A DNA stretch of 62,683 nt, the filler included, from Hausera hauseri (Eukaryota), in assembly GCA_046269625.1 (NCBI GenBank). It is 10 parts of 10 records of this genome, joined end to end, with 100 filler letters (N's around TTAATTAATTAA, not from the genome) between each part and the next. Parts side by side here need not be neighbours in the genome. Positions count along the whole stretch, not along the records: positions 6,022 to 15,632 come from JBJURY010329937.1; positions 15,733 to 23,416 come from JBJURY010908976.1; positions 23,517 to 31,429 come from JBJURY010878737.1; 7 more parts are not named here. One strand, given 5' to 3'. The notes under the pieces were generated by a model, which had not been told where the DNA came from, ran no database searches, and saw only the letters and a program-made list of their open reading frames with translations. Of this stretch, positions 13,500 to 24,773 are shown one piece after another (position 1 is the stretch's first letter; each line of letters starts with the position of its first letter). The position numbers and the translations under genes are program-made.

Positions 13500-14783
13500 C
13501 CGAACTTGCCCGAACCCGCTGAACTTCATCCCCTTTCTCTTCTTTTTTTTCCAAAAATAAATATGTGTATACATTGAGGGTTGCATGCAAACATACGGCA
13601 CACATCCTTTATTCTGCATTTTCTTCTTTTTTCGGCTCCTCCGATTTTTATTGCATGCACAATGGCCTGACCCTGTTACCTTCCGACTCTCTGTCACCTT
13701 TTGCATTCGCGAAACATTCAATGATTCTCACTATTCATTTTGGTACCCGTGGTGAATCAGACCCTGACCCTTCTACCGAAAACTTAACCAAAACCAGATC
13801 TGGTCGTCGTCCTGCAGACCCCACACCAACTACTTCTCCAAATCTCCCTTGCACAGCTTTTTTTCTCGACAAGACGAATTCGAGTTGTACATGGTTACAA
13901 TTCCATTTGCAATGGCTTAAAGATGATCATATCACAAATTCCTTCTTGCGGGCAAACAGTTTGTTGCTACTATTTCCAGCTAATATCAAGCAGCAAATCA
14001 ATAATCTGGCCGACATACTAACCTCTTCAAATCCATATGATATGCTTTATGAATTAGTTCTGCACATTACCGACCCCTCCATTGACAGCATACTTCAGAA
14101 ATACTTTAATGAACATGCCTCCTCTAGCTTTCCTCCCAAACCTTCACAAAACTAATAACGTCGCCAGATTTTACGGCACATTTTGGCGCAGGCAATATCG
14201 TTCAATCTTCTGGCCGTATCAACACCGCCTCTGCAGTCTTTCTGTTGAAACCTGTACTGTTATGCACAGATACTTCACNNNNNNNNNNNNNNNNNNNNNN
14301 NNNNNNNNNNNNNNNNNNNNNNNNNNNNNNNNNNNNNNNNNNNNNNNNNNNNNNNNNNNNNNNNNNNNNNNNNNNNNNTTCGCTCCTTCCATTGTCCTCC
14401 GTTCCTACATCAACTATGATTTCCTGTCCACCGCTTTTCACTGCCAGTGGTCAACCGTTGCATGTTGCAGGAACCACGGAATTAACTTTCACATTCGCCA
14501 ACTTGCCAGATAAGTTTGCCTGGAAGTTCCACGTGGCCAACATTAAATCTCCCATAATAGGCTCAAATTTTCTTGCCGCACATGATCTATTTGTCGATTG
14601 CACATACAGCTGTCTTTTAAGCAGGAACTCAATTGCAACTCCACACATGTGTCTCGCAGACAACTTAGCGAGCAATTCACTGCACTCATCTGTAAACCTG
14701 TTGAACGCTTTGTCATCTATGAAAAAAACTTCCGATAAAGTTGTTAATATTTTAATTATGAACGACAATTATAAATCTATCCT
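13500..14783 (+). mobile_element. Gypsy family A gag-protease with internal deletion
   Basis: Near-identical to 7200-7780, then jumps at about 14113 to sequence matching 9250-9845. Confidence 0.9.
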
Positions 14784-14784
14784 G

Positions 14785-14940
14785 AGTAGGTAGAAATTAG
14801 CGCATCAGATCAGACCCCCCAAGGAAGGAAGAAAGCAAATGAGAGGAGAACACGTCATCGGGGATAGGAAAACTGGCCAATGAGAGGAGGACACGTCGTG
14901 GTTGAATAAGGAAAACTGACCAATGGAAGAGCAGTATTCG
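14785..14940 (+). repeat. Probable Polinton-like terminal repeat (AGTAG start; CCAAT/CACGTCA modules)
   Basis: Begins where Gypsy homology stops; shares aatg.gagga.acacgtca and ccaat units with 62510-62683. Confidence 0.55.
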
Positions 14941-15049
14941 GTAGACAAAGCATTATGTGATCTGGTCGTGGTTTCACTATTTCCACACCTTTTGTTTAAA
15001 TTTTATAAAGTTGATATAAATACCCATGTAAAAGTATCACTTGTGAAAA

Positions 15050-15330
15050 ATGTATGAACCAGATATTTGTCTTCATTTAAGTCGAAAATAACAGTTTATG
15101 CAGCAGTGATTAAATTGAAACATGATATTCAACAAGGATTTCATGAATTGCAGGCACTGTTTACTACAACAGAAGATTTAGCGTATGTAGCACCGGAGGT
15201 TCTATTGGAGGTAATACGAAGCAGATTGATTATTGTTAGTCCGATGATTGAGAAATTAATCAGAATGGCAGAAGAATTAGAAAACAGTCAGAAGGAGCTG
15301 AACAATGTAATTAATGACTTTACCAATTAA
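15050..15330 (+). pseudogene. Small coiled-coil ORF next to the putative Polinton end
   Basis: TATAAATA about 35 nt upstream, ATG 15050 frameshifted into the 87-aa ORF, AATAAA just after the stop, convergent minus-strand remnant behind it. Confidence 0.4.
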
Positions 15331-15632
15331 TGATTGTTGTGCAATAAATCTTGTATTCAGTGACTTGTTGTTTTTTATAGAACACAAAACACAAAACTTT
15401 TATTATATAACGAGTACAGTTTACTAATAATACACTAAACATGCAAGTCTTTTTATAAAGTTAAGACTGTTTTCGTTCCATCTCTTTTGCTCAATTTTCA
15501 TTATAACTTCTTAAATGATCATGCATCGATTAAATAATTCAATATGTTCATGGACAGTTGTTGGTAATTTGGCTTCAGGCATAATTCTTGATTTGTGAAA
15601 TATGCCACTTTCCATTGTATCAGTTAATTGTT

Positions 15633-15732
15633 NNNNNNNNNNNNNNNNNNNNNNNNNNNNNNNNNNNNNNNNNNNNTTAATTAATTAANNNNNNNNNNNN
15701 NNNNNNNNNNNNNNNNNNNNNNNNNNNNNNNN
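15633..15732. other. Artificial contig spacer
   Basis: Same 100-bp spacer. Confidence 0.98.
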
Positions 15733-15963
15733 TCAATCCATATGTCCACAGAAACACACCATAATTGTCCGTTTTTGGACTAAATGTCCAAATTAGGACA
15801 TTTAAATGAACAGACATGAGAGACAAAAAATCCTTTCTATTATATTACTAGGAAAATCACCATAGATACATTAATCCGTGTCAAAGAAAATAAATCAATA
15901 ACATAAATAAGACAGTGGAACATAAAAATAATTAGAAAAAACATTGGGCAGCAATATTTGCTT

Positions 15964-16043
15964 GCCTGCAGTCAATTGGAGTAGATTTACTCTGATTGGA
16001 TACGCCTGCAGTCAATTGGAGTAGATTTACTCTGATTGGATAC
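15964..16043. repeat. Perfect 40-bp tandem duplication
   Basis: gcctgcagtcaattggagtagatttactctgattggatac x2. Confidence 0.9.
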
Positions 16044-17454
16044 TTAGATACTGTCACAATTGCATTACTAATACTTTTTTTCTAAAATACCAATACCTAA
16101 AGTATTTGAGCTTAACTTATTCCTAAAATAAAAGTTAAATTGTTACAACTCCTATAAAAGGACAACACCTTGAAATTATTATTCCTAATCCTACTAAATA
16201 TATAACCCTTTTTTATCTTTCACACATTTCTATTATAATTTTTTATAACGACATTTTAAATCATTTTTACAATTTAAAACTTTTTGCTTTTTTAATTCTA
16301 AACAATAATCTTTTCAATAAATCTATAATCTTTAAATTCTTTTCTTAAATCAGGATATTTAATTTCATCTTTATCATCAGACATTTTCATATAATGAAAA
16401 TAAACTATTTTTAAAGGCAAAGAAAATGATCTATTTAATTTATATAGTAAATGTCTGTATGTAATGTAATAAAGAATGTATGCATTTGAAAATATTATAA
16501 AATGCGATATTGTATATTGTAATAGTGTAAATCGTAAGTAATTTAATAATTAATAATATTCAGAGAAATGTGACATGAAGGAACCAAATACCTAGTCCCA
16601 TGTAGATGTTTGTGTTAAACATTTCATGGCATTATAAGGAATTACAACATTAAAATATATTACCATCAAGGGTGGAATGTATACACGAATAGTTTTCTGT
16701 ATAAATGTTCATGTAAATAGGACTTTTTACAGTGATTTATCTGTGTACCTTAACGTAGTCCTGTGACTTTAAGCATTATGTCGAACTAAACTCATACAAT
16801 ACATTTAATTAACTGTGCGATGCATCAGAACCTTGACTAACTGAACATGACAAAAAATCAAATACTAATTGTTGAATTTGAAATTTAATTATTAAGTGCA
16901 ATGATTTATTCAATTGTTACAAGTGAGAGTTATAAAAATTTCTTACATTTCCAATACAAACTGTATATTTATACTGCATACACACTTCCACATGCATTCG
17001 TAAGGCACTGCACTTTTGGGAAAATTTAAATTATTTCTTATTAGTAAAATTCGAATATTAATTTTATGATTGAGACAGATTCGTTTGTCTAAGGAATTGA
17101 AATTTGCTTTTTGCATCGATTTTGACGAAACTATACCTTGCTCATTAAAATTATTACAATAACTAATTTTGACATTCCTTAATAATGAAATTGAATTTTG
17201 TAATCAATGAAATAATATCAAAATATCATTTATAATAACAGAATTAGTAGATTCTCACCATTTTAGTTTCTATAAATACTTATTTTGAAATATATTTTTG
17301 TAAAATACCACTTTCATTAAATGTTTAATTTTAATTCAAAATTTAATTTAATTCATCCAACAGAAAGTCAGATAATTCAGAATAGACGGAAAATGGACGT
17401 CAATTGAATTAAAGACAGAAGAGAAGAGGTAACACTTAAACGAAACAATTCAAA

Positions 17455-18714
17455 ATGATCGATACTCGTGACGAATCCGAATGCAATGTTTGTTTTGAAA
17501 CGTTTGACGATCAAAATTGCGTATTGTTAAATCCATGCAAACACCGGTTTTGTGAATCGTGTTACGATCAATTCTCTGATCCAATTTGTCCATGTGACAG
17601 ATTGGATATTCAACTGGAAACCATTTACAGCCCAGATGGAAAATTATTGTCGGAAAAATCATTTTCTGAAATTACGGAAATCTATCTTGAAAGTTTCTGG
17701 AACAATTTTGGTAGAGAAGTTTTAGACGATGTCGTAACGCTGGTGAGAGTATATGAACACTTAGTGAATTCCAAACAACGATTTGATGAAAATTCAATGA
17801 GTTTTGTTGATGAAATTCGTCGACATACTAACGAAATTCAACAAGAAAGTTTCACAATAAAAACCGACAAATTATTGAGAGTTTGCGAACGATATGACGA
17901 CACTGAATTGTCGACAATGACTGAAAGAAGTCGACTCATTCTGTTCAAGGTGGATAAATTAGTGACAACGATGAGCATTTTATACAAAATGAGAGAGAAT
18001 TTCAAAATACTTCGACAAGTTTTGGAGTTAGATTTGAACAGAGATGACGTATCATGGCAGTTAAAATTTGAACGAGACAATAATTTCGAAGCCATCAGAT
18101 TAATTCGTGCAATTCTCGTGGATTTAGCGGATGACGCGGATTCGGTTAGGTTGTTTTACCAGTCTTCAAGTAACTGCAATATTTGTCAAGAATTTCAGAA
18201 GTTTGAAGGATTGATATTTGTAAAATCTTGTAGAGTTTGTGAAAAATGTTTTGATCGATACTCACTAAATCAATTCGATTGTTGCAGAGAAGAGAAATAC
18301 TTAATATTAGACAAAACCATATGTCAATTAAACAGTGATACAGTTTACTCGCTAAGCAGTTGCAGAAAGGAGGTTACGAACTGCATAAGAAACTTTATTC
18401 GAGAATTTCAACAAAGAAAATTCCACTACCGATGGGATATTGCGAAAACGCGTAAAATATCCCAAAGAAAAGAAACGAATTTCAAGAACTGCAGACATGA
18501 GTATTACGAATTTATTTTGAAAGCGGCACGTAATCTAAACGAATTTGCCAACATCAAATACCTTTATTCGGATATTTCTGAGGAATTGATTCAACGCATA
18601 AACGATATGCAGAATATATCGAATTATTTGGAGAATTTCATGAAATACCATGTCAGAGAAATTGACCAATTTTGTGCAGTTGAAAGAAGTATTCTGGCGA
18701 AAAAAGATATTTGA
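17455..18714 (+). CDS. Intronless RING-finger (C3HC4) protein with a second degenerate RING-like Cys cluster
   Basis: CNVC...LLNPCKHRFCESC....ICPCDR at the N-terminus; CNIC...SCRVCEKC..DCCR in the middle; helical regions after each. Confidence 0.8.
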   Translation: MIDTRDESECNVCFETFDDQNCVLLNPCKHRFCESCYDQFSDPICPCDRLDIQLETIYSPDGKLLSEKSFSEITEIYLESFWNNFGREVLDDVVTLVRVYEHLVNSKQRFDENSMSFVDEIRRHTNEIQQESFTIKTDKLLRVCERYDDTELSTMTERSRLILFKVDKLVTTMSILYKMRENFKILRQVLELDLNRDDVSWQLKFERDNNFEAIRLIRAILVDLADDADSVRLFYQSSSNCNICQEFQKFEGLIFVKSCRVCEKCFDRYSLNQFDCCREEKYLILDKTICQLNSDTVYSLSSCRKEVTNCIRNFIREFQQRKFHYRWDIAKTRKISQRKETNFKNCRHEYYEFILKAARNLNEFANIKYLYSDISEELIQRINDMQNISNYLENFMKYHVREIDQFCAVERSILAKKDI

Positions 18715-19934
18715 CCTTTCAACTCTTTTCAAACTGATAGAGGAATTTTATTGGAACAATTAGAATCGGCTTTGGAAAATTTAATTGACTTTGTTAAGGA
18801 TTGCCAAACAAGTTATGTTGATCTGAATTCTATGGTTGAGCATCTGGAGAAAATTCATAAAATTTGTAGTTCAGATTGACAAATCCAATGATTCGTATTT
18901 TCTAATAGACTTTTGAATATTGTTCTTGACTTTGTTTCTTTTGTATGTGTAAATAAGCCGTGAGAATAAATCTGTAATTGTTCTGTAATCCCCGATATTT
19001 ACTATTCAAGACGTAACTGCTGCAATAATTAAAAGGTTGAAACGGATTCCATAAATTTACTATTCTTCCTTTAATTGGCAATTTAATTGATTATTGAATA
19101 ATACAAAATTCGAACAAAAATGAATATCTTTCACCTATCTGGGACATACTAACCGATCCCGGTAATTAATTTTAGAACTTTAAAAAAATTTTTTTTAATT
19201 AATAATTTAGCAATATCTGTGCCTGAATTTAAATTCGAAGTTTACTTCTATACGTGGAGTTATTAAACGTAGTTAGTAAACAGAAATTAAATCAAAAATT
19301 ACTGTATTAAATATTAAACGATTTACGATAACAAATCAATAAAAAGTTTCGATCATTTTCAAATTCAACTGATTATGACCACAAAGAATAAAAATCACCG
19401 TATATATAATTCAAGGGCAATTAAATTCAAAAACCGAACCAAAAACTGAAAGATGTTTCAAAGCAGTTTAAAATTAACTAGGACGTTTTTTGTGAAATAA
19501 CATCATGAACTTGTACATTAAATATTGACATTTGCGAACACGTATTTGACATTGTAAATATTGTGTATATGGAATAAACCTTGTATATACATAAATTGTT
19601 TTTACTATTTTATTTATGGAAGAATAGCTCTCACCTTTAGATCCATTTTGATGGAACCGATTCATACCGATTTTGTTAAATACCTCCGCAATTGCTTGAA
19701 CAGTCCAATCAAACGGTTGCAATAACAGTGTTGTCAACTCTTGTTTAACCTTTTCACTGCCCACTAACGAAAGAAAGTGTTCCGATTCTATAATTAAAAA
19801 ATGTGTAGCAACGTAAATTCGGAGCAAAATTAAACAACATTCGCGGTAAGTAAAGTAACAATTAAATTATATAATTTTATTAAAAGTTCTTTATAGAGTT
19901 TTTTATTATTGAGTTTTTTTATTATAGAGACTTT

Positions 19935-20240
19935 TTAAATTATAGAGTCCTTTTTGAGCACAACAAACAATCTTTTTTTGAAGTGGAGGAATAGATTTTT
20001 GAAGTAAATTGGCGGAAAGGTTTTTGCTTTCTGTTTGATTCTTCGTCCAAGTTGCTGCTCATTTTTGGCAGTGCAGCCATTTTTGTACACTTTCAAGTTA
20101 GGTGGGCCCAGAAGTGTTCAATTGGGCGGTCTGTGGTGCACAAGGTTGACTTTTGGGGCAAGATTCTGTGGCAAAATTTCTGGCGGTATTTCAAGCGTAG
20201 CCCCTCTGTAACATTGTTTTTATATGCTGTTAGTAGTTGG
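19935..20240 (-). mobile_element. Tc1-like transposase C-terminal fragment
   Basis: Manual minus-strand translation gives PIEHFWAHL..KVYKNG.TAKNEQQLGRRIK, the Tc1-type PIE..W catalytic-Glu motif. Confidence 0.7.
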
Positions 20241-20519
20241 ATGTGAGCGCATAAGCACAGACCCCTCTCTAGAATTGGAAATCAATATTCAATAATCAAT
20301 TTTTTTAAATTTTTAAATTTTTAAATTTTAGAATTTTCAAATATTGATTTTCGAAAGTGCAATATTGATTTTTCAAAAGTGCAATATTGATTTCTCGGTG
20401 CAAATTTCGAAAATTTTAGAAAAAGTAAAACATGTGTATTTTCGAATTCTGTACATGATGGTATTATTAGAAAAAAAATTTCGAAAAAATTCTTTTCGAA
20501 CTCGAATATCTTTTCTGCA

Positions 20520-22385
20520 ATATCTTAGCTGTGCCACATGCCACCATAGGGGACATACCGAAAAGGAGTACTACACCAGGTTGGAGGGGAAAAGAAAACC
20601 TGGATGGGATACATTCAAGTTGTAAAGAACGTACGGTGATAACCTGAACAGAAGACGGGGGAAGTCTCAAACGTAGAGGAAGAAGAAACAGAATAGGAAC
20701 AGGAGTTAGTTGCCCCAAAAGGCCGAGCCTCGATAGAAGTGGAGCAAATCGGAGCACTGCAATAGATTCAGTCTCCCAAAATATTGTTATGTATAATAGT
20801 AATAGTATATCAAACAGTATAGACAGATCAAGAAGAAGGGGACGCGGGATATGTTGATGGATAAAAGGACACACGAAAAAGTACGGAAATTTATGAAAAC
20901 GGAAAATTTCCAGAAGAATCCTTCAACGGAATGGAGGAAAGTGAGAACGGTGCGCAGATCTTCACGCTAGACGAAATGTATGCCAAACAGATATCAAACA
21001 GGAAGTTTAATGGACGACCAGGAATCAAATTAAAGGTACAAGACAGATGGAAAGATTGCTTATTGGACACAGTGGACAGAGTAAGCGTTATAAGCAAGAA
21101 GACCGTGGATAAACTTACAAACACACACATAGAGAAGTCAGATACCACACTACGATGTGCGAACAAAGGCCCATTAGATTGCCTGGGCACACTGACAACA
21201 GACGTAGAAATCAAGGGTCTAAGGAGACGTGTGACATTTCTGGTAGTGTCGGAATTACGTCCAGAAATAATAGGTGGTGTGGATCTGAAATGCATTCGGA
21301 ATAGAACTGGGATGAAAACGCACGGAAACGGAAACAGTACAGCAAGAAATATGCAACCTGGAAGCCAAGTTCGGCCGTATTCATGGTATTCATGGCCGCA
21401 AATGGGAAATAAGGTGCATACCTCTCATCAAACACCGAATTGACACGACAGGAACGCCGATTAATATCAAACCTTACAGACAACCAGTAAATCTAGAAAA
21501 AAAGATCGACGAGATTATCCGAATCCTATGGGAAAACGACATTATCAAGCTATGTAACTCAGCATGGAATACACCAATGATATGCGTATGGACGAAAAAC
21601 AAGAACGATGTCATAATGTGCCTAAACTTCAGACAGCTGAATCTTATAACGGAACGGCAGACCATCCCCATGCCTAACGTCGTAGAGATATTGGATAGGT
21701 TATACGGGATCACGTTTTTTACGTCAGTCGACCTAGGGAATACATATTAACAAGTCGAGCTAGAGAAAGACTCCTAATTGAAGATGGCCTTTTCAAACAA
21801 ATTAGGGCAGTTCTGTTTCAACAGGGTGCCATTCGGTATAGCAGCAGCCCAGGGCACCTTCCAAGAACTAATGGATAAAGTACAAGGGAACATTGAACAA
21901 ACTGTGGTATACCTAGATGATGCACTAGTCTTCTCTAAGACTCCAGAAGAGCACAATAGGATACTAGAAAAGGTATTGCAGTGGATCCGGGAAGCAGATC
22001 TCACAGTAAACCCAGAGAAATGTCACATCATCAAGAAAGAAGTGAAATATTTAGGGCATATAGTGAATGACAAGGGGATACAGAGAGAACCGTCAAAACT
22101 GGAAGCAATTATGTACTTTGAGAAACCAAAATGTGTCAAAAATTTGAGAAGCTTCTTAGGGATCTGCAACTATTACAGAAGATTTATCCCAGATTACGCA
22201 GCAAAGGCCAAGGCATTGGAGCAACTATGCGTATTGAATAACAAGAAACTAATATGGACCGAGAAATGTAACGAGGCTTTCGAGTCAATAAAAAGAGCCT
22301 TAGCCACACCACCAATACTAGGTTTCCCTGACTTCAACAATAATTCATCCTCGATACGTACACAAGCTTCGACACAATTGCTATG
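20520..22385 (+). mobile_element. Second Ty3/Gypsy family (A-rich): gag zinc knuckle, protease, RT, start of RNase H; degenerate
   Basis: CATCHHRGH knuckle, CLLDT..VSVIS, IIGGVD, SAWNTP, RVPFG, VYLDDALV, LRSFLGICNYYRRFI, PPILGFPDF. Confidence 0.93.
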
Positions 22386-22744
22386 TTTTAATTCCTGATA
22401 ACATTTTAATCATAGAAGTTGCGCTTGTGCAACTTTTCTTACAATGGATCCGTATGGTGGTTCAGCTCCCACAATGGCTGGCATGCACATATTTTCTATT
22501 TATACATTGTTAGCTGTAAATAAATCTAAATTTATTGATATAAATATATATTTCCATAAAATAAATTACATTTATATTTTGACGGCACATTTAGTTAATT
22601 ATGACTGATTTATCTTAATCAATTACTTTTACTATGATCTATGTAACACAAAAATAAGTAACAGAGGTTGCAGAGATAATTAACCTATAATCGAAAATGT
22701 CCCTATACAAAGTAAAAACCATATTCTAAAACCTTCAAAAATTA

Positions 22745-23188
22745 CGCTTTATTTTAATCACAAAAGTACATTAACTACCCATATTAACTATACCTTCAAC
22801 ATTTCCAATCGCGACATTGTCGTCGACTTCCGGGCATGCATTAAGCATATCATCCTGTTGAACGTTGTACGAATTCATTTTGTTAAACTTGATGGCGGAT
22901 CTTAATGATGATCTTCAATTGAGTATCCTGCAAACAACCTTATAAGGTATCTAATAAATCAACTGATCTCTCACCTCTATTAATATCAGATTGATGATTA
23001 GTATATGAAGGTTTGTATATCTGGATGAAAAATTTTGAATGGCAAAGTTTCGGTCCACTGTTTTCTAAAATTCCCGGATTTCTTATAAGTGTTAAATATT
23101 TATGATCGAATGTTACCTTTTGGAATTGTGATGATATTCTAATTTCTTGCGTAGTAAAGTAATGGACAAAACCTTGTGTTTGTCCCAA
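22745..23188 (-). pseudogene. Host gene fragment with mini-introns
   Basis: Minus-strand GT..AG introns of about 35-47 nt (e.g. gtaacattcg...ttataag, gtgagagatc...ttataag) separate short coding blocks; one in-frame stop. Confidence 0.4.
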
Positions 23189-23416
23189 AAAATTGCGTTT
23201 CGAAAAATAGTAGCTGTCGCGGAAAATATAGTGTAAGTGTGGTCGTTTGGACGCAGTTTATATAGTATTTTGGACGACCATTATCGTTAATCAAATCTAG
23301 AACGATAACCAAATTGACGTTTGGATGTCCACATGGGTTCGGAAATTAAAATCCTTATCTGACAACCGCCCAATGTGTTTTCGTACATGAACTCGAAATC
23401 ATAATCTAACGCCATC

Positions 23417-23516
23417 NNNNNNNNNNNNNNNNNNNNNNNNNNNNNNNNNNNNNNNNNNNNTTAATTAATTAANNNNNNNNNNNNNNNNNNNNNNNNNNNN
23501 NNNNNNNNNNNNNNNN
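23417..23516. other. Artificial contig spacer
   Basis: Same 100-bp spacer. Confidence 0.98.
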
Positions 23517-24409
23517 GAGATAAACCCCAACCAATAATCACGGCCGCTTAAATCTGGGCTGCGAAAAGGCCACTCGAATGGAAATCCTTTGCTCATGACT
23601 CGCTCTCCAAAGTTCTGTGAAAGGAGCTGCTTGGTGTCGTTGGCCGTGAAAGAAGTAGACCCATCTTGTTGAAAGATTATTGAAAACATCTTTCGTTTAC
23701 TTCTTAGAAAAGGAAGCAGAAAAGTCTGTAGCATTCTCTTGTATCTGTCTCCTGTTATGGTGACAGTCTGTTCATCGTCATTGTCAAAGAAATAAGGAGG
23801 AGTAATGAACTTCAAGCAAAATCCGCGAAAGACTTTTACTTTCGGTGAATGCTATGGTTATTCAATCACTTCGTTGGGATCATCAGTTAATCATATCCTC
23901 ATGTTGTAGATATTTACAGCATCATTGAGGTGAAAATATGCTTCGTTCGTGAACAGGATTTTTGAAAGCCAGTTTTCACCAGCTTCTTATTGTTTGAGAA
24001 ATTTCTGACAAAATTGGGTTCTTTTCACCCCTATTTCCTTTGCTTAACTGGTAGAGCAGACGAAATTTGTAGATTCATCTGTAAGTGCTGAGTGGCAATT
24101 TTGTTGACAGTAGATTGAGGGACATTAAGCTGACGACCAATTTGCGTTGTGCTTATTCGCCCATTAGCCTGTTCCAATAAATGTGAGTCCTCATCCACGT
24201 AATCACCGGATATTGATGGTCTTCCTGATCGTGATACATTAAAAGAAAATACATTGATTCAAATTTTGATCATCAGTAACAGTAGGTCTCTTGGATTTAA
24301 TTCCTCTCAATGTAGAAAACTTTCGGATTGTTTCACATGGGTAACTATTATTTTGATAATACAACTGCACTAACAGTAATCGATCCGCCATTTCCAATCT
24401 TGAAGACAT
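23517..24409 (-). mobile_element. Tc1/mariner DDD transposase (DUF4817-type N-terminus), degenerate
   Basis: FQQDG.T.FTA and WPFRSPDLS.RDYW; ILFTNEAYFHLN upstream; ATG at 24409 followed by RLLLVQLYYQNN. Confidence 0.88.
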
Positions 24410-24773
24410 TAGGAATCTGAAAGAATAATGAATTAGTTATTTATTGGTGAAAATTTGGAATTTCCAATGTTACTAAAAGTAGCAACCAATTATAAACTCT
24501 AGTTACTTTATGATAACCCTCCACTATAACTTTTCATCTGTTTCTTTGATCGCCTTGCTTTTTGATCCACACTACTGCAATAATAAAGTGCACAACGTTG
24601 ATGGTTGTCATAGTACAATGGCGCAGTACTATGGCACCACAACGCTGTACAATAAACGGGCCTAAGTTTGTCCCGGTTGTTGTTCAATAGATGCTGAAAT
24701 CACCTATAAACAATTTTATAACCAGCAGAAAGACCACTTAAACCACTTTAAGCGGTTGAAAAAACAACTAGTT

